Positions 1 through 8,458 of a stretch of DNA of 64,000 nucleotides are shown here, in pieces. Made by a program: the position numbers and the translations under genes. The first letter of the stretch is position 1; each line of letters opens with the position of its first letter. Origin of the DNA: an uncultured Bacteroidales bacterium (GTDB lineage Bacteria; Bacteroidota; Bacteroidia; Bacteroidales; Paludibacteraceae); contig ONMV01000016.1 of assembly GCA_900319005.1 (NCBI GenBank), positions 13,353 through 77,352 of the forward strand, written 5' to 3'. Below the pieces are notes generated by a model. That model made no database searches and was not told where the DNA came from. It saw only the letters and a program-made list of their open reading frames with translations.

Positions 1-635
1 ATTTTGATAGAAATAAAACGCCGCAGATTCGCGTGATACCAAATACGAAAGTACGTATCAACGCCATCTGTACGTTGCCGCTAATGTTTGAACGGAATAT
101 GTTCATCGATTATCAGGACACTATCACAGATGTCGATTTGAAAGACGTGGATGTCGATTCACTGGCAAATCAAGTTGATTTCATCGATTCATTGCATGTT
201 GGCGACGTTACTCTTTATTTGACAGCAAGAAACCATATTCCTCTGACACTGAAAGGAAATGTGCGTTTCTTGGATGCCAACGGTCAGCCGGTAATGGATC
301 CAGAGGATCCAAGCAAGGAGTTCTATCCTTTCCTTGAGGACACAATTCGTTTTGCGCCACCGAAATTTATCACACTTGACGGCGGATACGTGGTTCCGGA
401 TAACAAGAACCCGGGTAAGACGATTATTACCACTCGCATGAACCAAAAGCAATTAGAGGCTCTGAAGCAGATCAAGTCGATTGAGTACAAAGTTTCTGCG
501 GATAACGATGCACTCCAATACGCTTACGATATGGGATTGGATAAGATTCGTTTGGAGAAAGACAGCCGCCTTTACATAGATGTAGGTGTAACTACACAAA
601 TTGATGCATTTATGAATTTTGAGAACAAAAAATAA
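1..635 (+). CDS. hypothetical protein, 5' end lies outside the window
   Basis: Frame is open from nt 3 with no stop before the GTG at 33. Stop at 633-635, 13 nt upstream of the next gene. No motif I can name. Confidence 0.5.
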   Translation, partial: FDRNKTPQIRVIPNTKVRINAICTLPLMFERNMFIDYQDTITDVDLKDVDVDSLANQVDFIDSLHVGDVTLYLTARNHIPLTLKGNVRFLDANGQPVMDPEDPSKEFYPFLEDTIRFAPPKFITLDGGYVVPDNKNPGKTIITTRMNQKQLEALKQIKSIEYKVSADNDALQYAYDMGLDKIRLEKDSRLYIDVGVTTQIDAFMNFENKK

Positions 636-648
636 GGAGGGCTGAGCT

Positions 649-3267
649 ATGAAAACAATGAAAAGAACCATATTAGTAGCCCTTGCGGCTCTCTTTACAA
701 TAGGCGTGAGCGCACAACAAGTAACGACCGTTTACTTCTTGGAGAATGCGCCCATGCGTCATACTATCAACCCGGCCTTCCAGCCCGTGAGTGACGGATT
801 TATCAACTTCTCACCGTTAGGTTGGTCCACTATTAGTCTGGGCAATAACTCGCTGACAGTGAGCGACTTGTTATATACTGATCCTACCACCGGTAGAACG
901 ATTACGCCGATACACCCCAATGGCAATAGACAGGCCTTTCTGAATACTCTTCGCTCCATGACGATGATGAATACAGAGATGACACTTGGTCTGATCAATA
1001 TGGGTTTCCGTATCAAAGACAAAGGCTACCTCACGATCGGTATTAACGAGCGTATTATCTCCGCCGGTACACTTCCGAAGTCATTTTATGATTTCCTTTT
1101 GGACGGCGGTATGAAGAACCTTGGTCCGGGTCAATGGAACACAATCAATCTGTCAGGTTTTGGCTCAGGCGGAAGCGCCTATACGGAGATTGGAGCAGGT
1201 TATAGCCACCAACTCAACGAACATTGGACGATTGGTGGTAAATTCAAGTTTCTGTTGGGCCAAATGGATATCAGTGCCCGCAGTAAGAACTTGGCGTTAG
1301 ATGCCAGTACCGATTCATTGCGTCTGCACGGCGATATGACAGTACGTATGGCCGGACCGTTCGATTACTCGAAAATGCCGGCTTATGAGAACCGCCGCGT
1401 AAGCGATATTATCGACGATTACAACGGAGGACAGTACAACGTGAATGATATGATCAACTTCGGTAATATCGGTTCATTGCTTACTCCGAACGGCTACGGA
1501 GCTGCTATCGACTTCGGTTTTGCATACAAGCCGATCAAGCAGTTACAACTGAGTGCCGCTTTGGTAGATCTGGGATTCATCTACTGGACCAGCGCCAAGA
1601 GCTACACCGCACATGTTGACACGGTTTATAACGGAGCCGGCGTGATTGACTACGGAGATCCGAGATACCGCGATGCCGATGGTAATTTCTCGCCGCAGAT
1701 GGTGTTGGACACTGCGCTGAACAACCTCAAAGACCTGCCTAATGCAATCATGTTAGATCCCGCTGGAGGAGGTTATGCCAAGATGATTTCCGCTCGCCTC
1801 AATGTGGGCTTGGACGCTAATTTCTGGGATAACCGCGTCGGACTCGGTATCGTTTCTGCTACCCGCCTCTATGAGTCTCGTCTCTATGAAGAAATTACCT
1901 TCGGTTTTGCTTTCCGTCCGGTTCGCTGGTTCAATATTGCAGCATCTTATTCGCTGTTGAATAACGGTAAGTACAGCAACATCGGCGCCGGTTTGAGTTT
2001 CATGCCTTACGACGGAATCAACATGACACTGGCAATGGATTATATCCCGACCAGCTATGCCGGAGTAGATGTCAATGGTGCTACCAAATACATCCTGCCG
2101 GACAAAGCAAAAATGGTCAATGTAGCACTTGGTTTCTCCATCTGCTGGGGAACCAACCGTCCTGACAAAGACAAAGATGGTGTATGGAACAAACTGGATA
2201 TGTGTCCGAACACTCCGCGTGGCGTACAGGTTGACAGCGTTGGTTGCCCGATTGATACAGACCATGACGGTGTACCTGATTACATCGATCAGTGCCCGAA
2301 CACACCGGCTGCAGCTATCGGATTTGTGGATAGCGTAGGTTGCCCGCTGGATAGCGATGGAGACAGCATTCCTGATTACATCGATCAGTGTCCGAACACG
2401 CCGGCAGCTGCTTACGGCAAAGTAGATAGCGTAGGATGTCCGCTGGATAGTGACGGAGACGGTGTACCTGATTACCTTGACAAGTGTCCGGAAACACCTG
2501 CAGCTGCTTATGGTATGATTGACGCGGACGGATGTCCGCTGGATAGCGATGGTGACGGTGTACCTGATTACCTTGACAAATGTCCGGAAACACCGGCAGC
2601 TGCTTATGGCATGGTGGACAGCCTGGGTTGCCCGATTGATAGCGATCGAGATAGTGTGCCCGATTATATGGACGAGTGTCCGAATACTCCGGCAGCTGCT
2701 ATCGGTCATGTCGATGAAAAGGGTTGTCCGCGTGATAGCGATGGAGATGGTGTACCCGACTACATGGATGAATGCCCGTTAGTACCGGGTATTGCAGCCA
2801 ACAAGGGTTGTCCTGAGGTGAAACGCGAAATACGTCAATTACTCCAAAAAGCAATGCAGGGTATTGAGTTTGAGACCGGAAAGGCAACCATTAAGAAGAA
2901 ATCGTTCCCGCTGTTAGACAAGATTGCCGAGACATTCGTGGAGAATAGCAATTATGTGATTGAAGTTCAAGGTCACACCGATAATACCGGTAAGGCCGAG
3001 GTGAATAAACGTCTGTCTGACAAGCGTGCACACGCTGTAATGGATTACCTGGTTAAGAAAGGCGTAGATGCAAGCCGCATGACAGCTATCGGTTACGGTC
3101 CTGACATGCCTATTGCAGACAACAAGACAAAGGCCGGACGTGCAAAGAACCGCCGTGTTGAATTCAAGATCACTTTCGAGGAAGTACATATCGAAACGAT
3201 ACTTGACCACGCAGATCCGCAGCCCGTAGCAGAAGAAACTGCTACGGAAGCTGCTACTTCGAAATAA
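649..3267 (+). CDS. OmpA-family outer-membrane protein with thrombospondin type-3 (TSP3) calcium-binding repeats
   Basis: Signal peptide MKTMKRTILVALAALFTIGVSAQ. About 490-aa Gly/aromatic-rich N-terminal domain that looks barrel-like. Six to seven CPxTP..VDxxGCPxDxDxDGVPDYxDxCP units. C-terminal OmpA-like domain (GHTDNTG ... NRRVEF). Confidence 0.9.
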   Translation: MKTMKRTILVALAALFTIGVSAQQVTTVYFLENAPMRHTINPAFQPVSDGFINFSPLGWSTISLGNNSLTVSDLLYTDPTTGRTITPIHPNGNRQAFLNTLRSMTMMNTEMTLGLINMGFRIKDKGYLTIGINERIISAGTLPKSFYDFLLDGGMKNLGPGQWNTINLSGFGSGGSAYTEIGAGYSHQLNEHWTIGGKFKFLLGQMDISARSKNLALDASTDSLRLHGDMTVRMAGPFDYSKMPAYENRRVSDIIDDYNGGQYNVNDMINFGNIGSLLTPNGYGAAIDFGFAYKPIKQLQLSAALVDLGFIYWTSAKSYTAHVDTVYNGAGVIDYGDPRYRDADGNFSPQMVLDTALNNLKDLPNAIMLDPAGGGYAKMISARLNVGLDANFWDNRVGLGIVSATRLYESRLYEEITFGFAFRPVRWFNIAASYSLLNNGKYSNIGAGLSFMPYDGINMTLAMDYIPTSYAGVDVNGATKYILPDKAKMVNVALGFSICWGTNRPDKDKDGVWNKLDMCPNTPRGVQVDSVGCPIDTDHDGVPDYIDQCPNTPAAAIGFVDSVGCPLDSDGDSIPDYIDQCPNTPAAAYGKVDSVGCPLDSDGDGVPDYLDKCPETPAAAYGMIDADGCPLDSDGDGVPDYLDKCPETPAAAYGMVDSLGCPIDSDRDSVPDYMDECPNTPAAAIGHVDEKGCPRDSDGDGVPDYMDECPLVPGIAANKGCPEVKREIRQLLQKAMQGIEFETGKATIKKKSFPLLDKIAETFVENSNYVIEVQGHTDNTGKAEVNKRLSDKRAHAVMDYLVKKGVDASRMTAIGYGPDMPIADNKTKAGRAKNRRVEFKITFEEVHIETILDHADPQPVAEETATEAATSK
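2165..2815 (+). repeat. tandem ~96-bp coding repeats (TSP3 modules)
   Basis: Head-to-tail units with long identical DNA runs, e.g. gacggtgtacctgattaccttgacaa(g/a)tgtccggaaacacc(t/g)gcagctgcttatgg, which occurs twice. Confidence 0.85.
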
Positions 3268-3287
3268 CTATAAAAAAAAATTATATT

Positions 3288-4007
3288 ATGGGACGCGCAT
3301 TTGAATATCGCAAAGCAACAAAACTGAAAAGATGGGGACACATGTCCCGGACATTTACCAAATTAGGAAAAGAAATCACTATTGCAGCCCGTGAAGGCGG
3401 ACCGGATCCGGACTCCAACCCACGTCTGCGTGCACTCATCCAACAGTGCAAACGTGAGAACATGCCGAAGGATAACATCGACCGCGCTATTAAGAAAGCG
3501 ACCGATAAGTCGTCCGAAGGTTACAAGGAAATCAACTACGAAGGATATGGACCACATGGTATCGCTATCTTCGTGGAGACCGCAACGGACAACCACATGC
3601 GTACCGTAGCCAACATCCGCTCGTACTTCACCAAGTTCGGCGGCACGCTCGGCACACAAGGTTCGCTCCAGTTCCTCTTTGACCGCAAGGCTTGCTTCAC
3701 CGTAACGATGAAGGACGGCATTGATCTGGATGAACTCGAACTCGAACTGATTGATTTCGGTGTAGAAGAACTCGGCGTGGACGAAGAGGAAAACACCATC
3801 GTCATTTACTCCGATTTCAACGAGGCAATCAACATGCAGAAATACCTCGAGGAGAACGGCTTTGAGATCCAATCCATCGAGTTTGTTCGTATTCCGAACG
3901 ACACCAAGGAACTCACCGACGAGCAACGCGAATCCGTTCAGAAACTCATCGACAAGATCGAGGAAGACGAGGACGTACAGAACGTGTTCACCAACATGGC
4001 GGAATAA
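3288..4007 (+). CDS. yebC: YebC/PmpR family DNA-binding transcriptional regulator
   Basis: N-terminus MGRAFEYRKATKLKRWGHMSRTFTKLGKEI..AREGGPDPDSNPRLR is the family signature. 239 aa. Confidence 0.9.
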   Translation: MGRAFEYRKATKLKRWGHMSRTFTKLGKEITIAAREGGPDPDSNPRLRALIQQCKRENMPKDNIDRAIKKATDKSSEGYKEINYEGYGPHGIAIFVETATDNHMRTVANIRSYFTKFGGTLGTQGSLQFLFDRKACFTVTMKDGIDLDELELELIDFGVEELGVDEEENTIVIYSDFNEAINMQKYLEENGFEIQSIEFVRIPNDTKELTDEQRESVQKLIDKIEEDEDVQNVFTNMAE

Positions 4008-4015
4008 GGTGAAAA

Positions 4016-4642
4016 TTGAAAGGTGAAAGGATGATTATCTCTGAATACTTTTCATTAACGGAACGTCAGGCTGAGCAGTTTTCTCAGCTTGACGCGCTTT
4101 ATCGCGATTGGAACAGCAAGATCAACGTCATCTCGCGCAAAGATATAGACAACCTCTACGATCACCATGTGCTTCACTCGCTCGCGATAGCCAAACTGCT
4201 GCCCTTCCAACCCGGCACAACGATCATGGATGTCGGTACCGGAGGCGGTTTCCCGGGCATCCCTCTGGCAATTTTGTTTCCAGAGTGTCAGTTCCTGCTA
4301 ATCGATTCCATCGGCAAGAAAATCAAGGTAGCAACAGAGGTAGCGAACGCTCTTGGGTTGACGAATGTCGTTTGCAAACAAGAGCGTGCAGAGGAGGAGA
4401 AACAGAAATTCGATTTCGTCGTCTCGCGCGCTGTGATGCCCCTACCCGATCTGGTCAAGTTAGTGCGCAAGAATATTTCCAACAAGCACCGCAACGCCGT
4501 TCCAAATGGTCTGGTGGTTCTCAAAGGGGGCGATCTGAAAGAAGAACTCCGCCCCTTTAAAGAGGCGGAGATTACTCCATGCAACACTTGGTTCAATAAT
4601 AGTTGGTTTGCAACTAAATATGTAATTTATTTACCCTTCTAG
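4016..4642 (+). CDS. rsmG: 16S rRNA (guanine527-N7)-methyltransferase RsmG
   Basis: WNSKINVISRKDI..HHVLHSL and SAM motif DVGTGGGFPGIPLAI. The start could instead be the ATG at 4031. Confidence 0.88.
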   Translation: MKGERMIISEYFSLTERQAEQFSQLDALYRDWNSKINVISRKDIDNLYDHHVLHSLAIAKLLPFQPGTTIMDVGTGGGFPGIPLAILFPECQFLLIDSIGKKIKVATEVANALGLTNVVCKQERAEEEKQKFDFVVSRAVMPLPDLVKLVRKNISNKHRNAVPNGLVVLKGGDLKEELRPFKEAEITPCNTWFNNSWFATKYVIYLPF

Positions 4643-4700
4643 GCGGAAGCCACTCTTCCCGTTCCGTCGGGAAGATGCTCCGGGTTTGAGACCAAACAGG

Positions 4701-6431
4701 TTATTTACCTGCCTCTATAATTTGCCCTTCAAGGGTATAAGTATTTGCTCCGCGTTGGATAAAGATCTGTCCGTCGCGGAGTATTTTTTGAATCTTCAAA
4801 TCTTCAAATCTCAAATCTTCCAATCCTTCTTCAGAAGGTCTATACCCATCGTCCATCGGCTCTTTATGCGTCATCGCATAATCGAGGTACATCTCCAACA
4901 TCGTGTATCCCGAAGCATGACGGACGTTATTATCCGGCATCGTCGGGTCACAGCCGTTAGCACTCTCCCACTCGTCCGGCATTCCGTCTTGATCCGTATC
5001 GGTCAGCGGAGCCACCACGATATAATCATAGAAACCCTCTGCATCCTCTTCGGTATCAATGATACCGTTTCCTCTGGATGCACCGCTATAAGTAGCTTGC
5101 TTATTGCGGGTATCATTCACTAATCGCAACTCCACATGGTCACGCGGGAAACAACCTGCTGTGTCCAAAACGGTCTCGTACGCTTCCTCAGCCGTTTCGT
5201 AATCGCTGACAGCATAAGCATACATCTCGAAATCATAGCGGCCAAAGATAGAATCGGTAGTCCATTTCCACCAAGGTGTTTTCGGACGAATTAACGTGTC
5301 CACACGCAAGGTATCTACCTTACTATAAGGCGATTTTCCCACTACAGCCGACCAGTTATTTGCTGTAGCCGAAGCTGCTCCATCGAACACATTACCGGAG
5401 AGGTACCATTGACTTGGCCCCCAAGAATGATCTTGAGGTGCATCTTTGTGTGTTCTCCCAACCTCTACCGAGAAGAAATATTTCTTATTCGTCGTATTCG
5501 GTCCTGCTTTGTAGTAGTTATTGATGAAATTGCACTCATGCGCCGAGTTAAGACCATTATATTCACCTTCCGCTAATTTTGCAGTATTCTCACCGCCGTA
5601 GCATCCATTCGAACCGCCCTCAAAATTATACTGCACATTATTGATATAATCAATATAGACCACACAATCGTTTACCCCTTGCGCTCCGTTAAAACGGCAC
5701 GAACGCTTATTGTTATGAACCAATAAGTTATGATGATACGTAGCCGGCGAACCGCCCCATTGACAACCATAGGCACGCTGACCTTTTCTGTGTCCCGCAT
5801 CGTACAAACCTTCATGAACGATACAGTATTGCACCGTGATAAAATGGCTGTCGTAAGAGTTCATATTCTCCTCCATTGACCAACCGAAATCGCAATGGTC
5901 GAAGATATAACTCTCGCAATTCTCAGCTCCAACAGCGTTTGCGTCCAACAATTTTCCATTCACATCATACTGACCTAAACGGAAACGGATATTACGGACA
6001 ATAAAGTTCTTCGAGCCACCGAAATTGACTTTATTATGGGTAATCACAATACCCATTCCCGGAGCGGTTTGTCCGGCGATTGTATAGTTCTTACGATTGA
6101 TACGCAGGTCCTTGACCAGCCGGATCTCTCCGGTCACAGCAAAGCACACCGTCAGCGGCTCACCGGGATATTGTTGTACCGCCCAACGAAGGGTACCTTC
6201 CGTAGCACCGGTAGCATCGTCCGCTAAAGAGGTAACATACACCACTTTACCTCCTCTTCCGCCGGAAGTGTATTTACCGAAACCTTCCGCTCCGGGGAAA
6301 GCAACAATCGTGTCCGGCAGCAAATGAGAAACCTCTCCACGTCCCTCTCCACAAGAGAGGGTGAAATAAGAGGACAAAACTGTCATTAAGGAAATCAAGA
6401 AAATCTTTTTCATATTATCTATTTTTTTCAT
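4701..6431 (-). CDS. pectate lyase (PL1-like), secreted
   Basis: Signal/lipoprotein-like N-terminus (..TLSCGE). AFPGAEGFGKYTSGGRGGKVVYVTSLADD..GTLRWAV..TIAGQTAPG is typical of PL1 parallel beta-helix lyases. DTDQDGMPDEWE motif near the C-terminus. Confidence 0.8.
   Translation of the reverse strand: MKKIDNMKKIFLISLMTVLSSYFTLSCGEGRGEVSHLLPDTIVAFPGAEGFGKYTSGGRGGKVVYVTSLADDATGATEGTLRWAVQQYPGEPLTVCFAVTGEIRLVKDLRINRKNYTIAGQTAPGMGIVITHNKVNFGGSKNFIVRNIRFRLGQYDVNGKLLDANAVGAENCESYIFDHCDFGWSMEENMNSYDSHFITVQYCIVHEGLYDAGHRKGQRAYGCQWGGSPATYHHNLLVHNNKRSCRFNGAQGVNDCVVYIDYINNVQYNFEGGSNGCYGGENTAKLAEGEYNGLNSAHECNFINNYYKAGPNTTNKKYFFSVEVGRTHKDAPQDHSWGPSQWYLSGNVFDGAASATANNWSAVVGKSPYSKVDTLRVDTLIRPKTPWWKWTTDSIFGRYDFEMYAYAVSDYETAEEAYETVLDTAGCFPRDHVELRLVNDTRNKQATYSGASRGNGIIDTEEDAEGFYDYIVVAPLTDTDQDGMPDEWESANGCDPTMPDNNVRHASGYTMLEMYLDYAMTHKEPMDDGYRPSEEGLEDLRFEDLKIQKILRDGQIFIQRGANTYTLEGQIIEAGK
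4790..4829. repeat. 8-bp stutter repeat (aatcttca/aatctca) inside the pectate lyase gene
   Basis: gaatcttcaaatcttcaaatctcaaatcttccaatccttc. It encodes EEGLEDLRFEDLKIQ on the minus strand. Confidence 0.8.
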
Positions 6432-6438
6432 TTCGGGA

Positions 6439-7215
6439 TTATTCTCTCTCCCTCTGTGGGGAGAGTTGGAGAGGGGTTGTTAAAGCGCGCCAGAGTGCGT
6501 CATCCGGCACAGGCGCTATGATACATATATTTTCTTTTTTTACAGGGTGAATAAACTCTATCTTTCGGGCGTGCAAACATATACCGCCGTCCGGATTAGA
6601 GCGCTTGGCGCCATACTTGAGATCACCTTTTATCGGACAACCGATAGCCGCCAATTGGCAACGGATCTGATGATGCCGTCCGGTTTCTAAGTTCACTTCC
6701 AAAAGCGTATAGTGCTCTCCCTTAACAAGCGTCTTATAGGACAAGATAGCCTGTTTCGCCTCTTTGGCGCCCGGTTTGGCGATATAACTCTTGTTTTGCG
6801 CTTCATTACGCACAAGCCAATTCTCCAACCGCGCTTCCGGCACTTTCGGACAGCCCTGTACAATCGCCCAATAGGTCTTTTTAATAGACCGTCCTCCAGA
6901 CTGACAGACCGCTTCGCTGACAGACCGTTTCACTGACAGACCGTCCTTCGGACTGACAGATTTTTCTTTGAACATCTCATTGAGACGGGTGAGCGCTTTA
7001 GAGGTACGGGCAAAGAGAACTACCCCGCTTGTCGGTCGATCCAGACGATGCGTCACACCCAAAAAGACCTCACCGGGCTTGTTGTACTTGTCCTTTATAT
7101 ACGCCTTCACCGTCTCGCTCAGAGGCGTGTCACCCGTCTTATCGCCCTGCACAATCTCGTTGCAGGTCTTGTTGACGGCTATAATATGGTTATCTTCGTA
7201 TAGAACTTCCATCAT
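6439..7215 (-). CDS. RluA-family pseudouridine synthase
   Basis: Catalytic motif HRLDRPTSGVVLFARTSKA. YWAIVQG and GRHHQIRCQLA motifs. Carries a repeat-encoded insert (see findings). Confidence 0.88.
   Translation of the reverse strand: MMEVLYEDNHIIAVNKTCNEIVQGDKTGDTPLSETVKAYIKDKYNKPGEVFLGVTHRLDRPTSGVVLFARTSKALTRLNEMFKEKSVSPKDGLSVKRSVSEAVCQSGGRSIKKTYWAIVQGCPKVPEARLENWLVRNEAQNKSYIAKPGAKEAKQAILSYKTLVKGEHYTLLEVNLETGRHHQIRCQLAAIGCPIKGDLKYGAKRSNPDGGICLHARKIEFIHPVKKENICIIAPVPDDALWRALTTPLQLSPQRERE
6885..6960. repeat. tandem ~16-bp CTGACAGACCG-type repeats, in-frame inside the rluA-family gene
   Basis: tagaccgtcctccaga-ctgacagaccgcttcg-ctgacagaccgtttca-ctgacagaccgtccttcgga-ctgacaga. Confidence 0.85.
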
Positions 7216-7244
7216 TTCATCATTTAGCGAAGCGGATCATTCTA

Positions 7245-8018
7245 TCATTTACAGCTCCGCTGTCTAACCGCCTCATAGATAAACACACCGGCTGCCACGC
7301 TCACATTGAGGCTCTCAATAACACCCGTCATCGGCAGTCTTACCTGATCCGTACAGAGTTTGAGGTTCTCCTCGTAGATACCTTTTTCCTCGCTTCCCAT
7401 AACGATACAGGTCGGCACGGTCATATCGACTTCGGTATAGTTACGATCGGTATGTTCAGTGGCTGCTACAATGCGAAGACCGCTTTCACGAAGATAAGTC
7501 AGTGCGTTCTGAAGGTTCTCTACCTTGCAAATTGGCAAACTATGCAACGCACCCGCGGAGGCTTTGACAGCATCTCCGTTGATAGCCGCACTTCCGCGCG
7601 TACCTATAATAAGCGCGTGTACACCTGCGCACACGCATGTACGAGCGATAGCGCCGAAATTACGCACATCGGTCACGCCGTCCAGCATCATCAGCAACGG
7701 TGTCTTACCTTCGTCGTACAAACTCTGAACCAAACTGTCCAGCGGAGTGAACTCTATTGGACTAAGGAAAGCAATCACGCCTTGGTGGTTCTTGTCCGTG
7801 AACTGATTCAGTTTCTCCAACGGCACACGTTGGATCTGCGTTCCTGTTCCCTCTAACTTAATCAGCAACTCTTTGCCGATTGCCGAACTCATATCGCGGC
7901 GAACCAGCACTTTATCGAGCACCTTTCCTGCATCGATAGCTTCCATCACAGCGCGCACACCGAAAATCATCTCTTTCTCTTTCGGACGGCGTGTTTCGTA
8001 TTGTTTCTTCTGTATCAT
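7245..8018 (-). CDS. rlmB: TrmH/SpoU-family 23S rRNA (guanosine-2'-O)-methyltransferase (RlmB-like)
   Basis: N-terminal substrate-binding region followed by the SpoU fold: LDGVTDVRNFGAIARTCVCAGVHALI .. IVMGSEEKG .. PMTGVIESLNVSVAAG. Confidence 0.85.
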   Translation of the reverse strand: MIQKKQYETRRPKEKEMIFGVRAVMEAIDAGKVLDKVLVRRDMSSAIGKELLIKLEGTGTQIQRVPLEKLNQFTDKNHQGVIAFLSPIEFTPLDSLVQSLYDEGKTPLLMMLDGVTDVRNFGAIARTCVCAGVHALIIGTRGSAAINGDAVKASAGALHSLPICKVENLQNALTYLRESGLRIVAATEHTDRNYTEVDMTVPTCIVMGSEEKGIYEENLKLCTDQVRLPMTGVIESLNVSVAAGVFIYEAVRQRSCK

Positions 8019-8455
8019 TGTATAGTTGTTTTTTCTTTGTGTTCGGATCCCGACAAACTGAAATGTATAGGGACTGTGTATCTTGTTCTGAGATTGCGTC
8101 TCTCTCCTGTTTTATAATTCACAATCTGCCATGCAGGTTTCCATTGGGGCATAGACCGGCAGACACGTACTGCTTCCGCGTCAAGAGCAGAGTCGCCACT
8201 GGACTTATATATCTCCACTTCACATACATATCCAAGGGTATCCACTATAAACTGAACGACAGTCCGTCCTTCCACTTGATTGATTTTGGCTTCTTTCGGA
8301 TAGTGTATGCTGTCTGACAAATACCGAAAGAGGGCATTCTGACCACCCGGGTACTCCGGCGGAGCATCCGTGACAGGCCAGTTCCATTCCATATAGTCAT
8401 CTGCGACTAAATGCCCGCAGAGCAAAAGAAGTCCTATAAAAATCCACTTTCTCAT
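8015..8455 (-). CDS. TonB C-terminal-domain protein (energy transducer TonB family)
   Basis: N-terminal anchor MRKWIFIGLLLLCGHL. PEYPGGQNALFRYL..YPKEA...GRTVVQFIV...G matches the TonB_C fold. Its stop overlaps the rlmB start by 4 nt. Confidence 0.8.
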   Translation of the reverse strand: MRKWIFIGLLLLCGHLVADDYMEWNWPVTDAPPEYPGGQNALFRYLSDSIHYPKEAKINQVEGRTVVQFIVDTLGYVCEVEIYKSSGDSALDAEAVRVCRSMPQWKPAWQIVNYKTGERRNLRTRYTVPIHFSLSGSEHKEKTTIQ

Positions 8456-8458
8456 TCC

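Noticed and set aside
1753-2709. 318-aa ORF antisense to the OmpA-family gene, plus other ORFs at 2117-2887
   Set aside because: It lies entirely inside a strongly supported gene. Its openness is a by-product of the GC-rich TSP3 coding repeats, and it has no promoter or recognisable motifs.
4655-4675. Hairpin cttcccg-ttccgt-cgggaag between the convergent rsmG and pectate lyase genes, as a terminator
   Set aside because: The stem is plausible, but no U-run follows on either strand. It is left uncalled.
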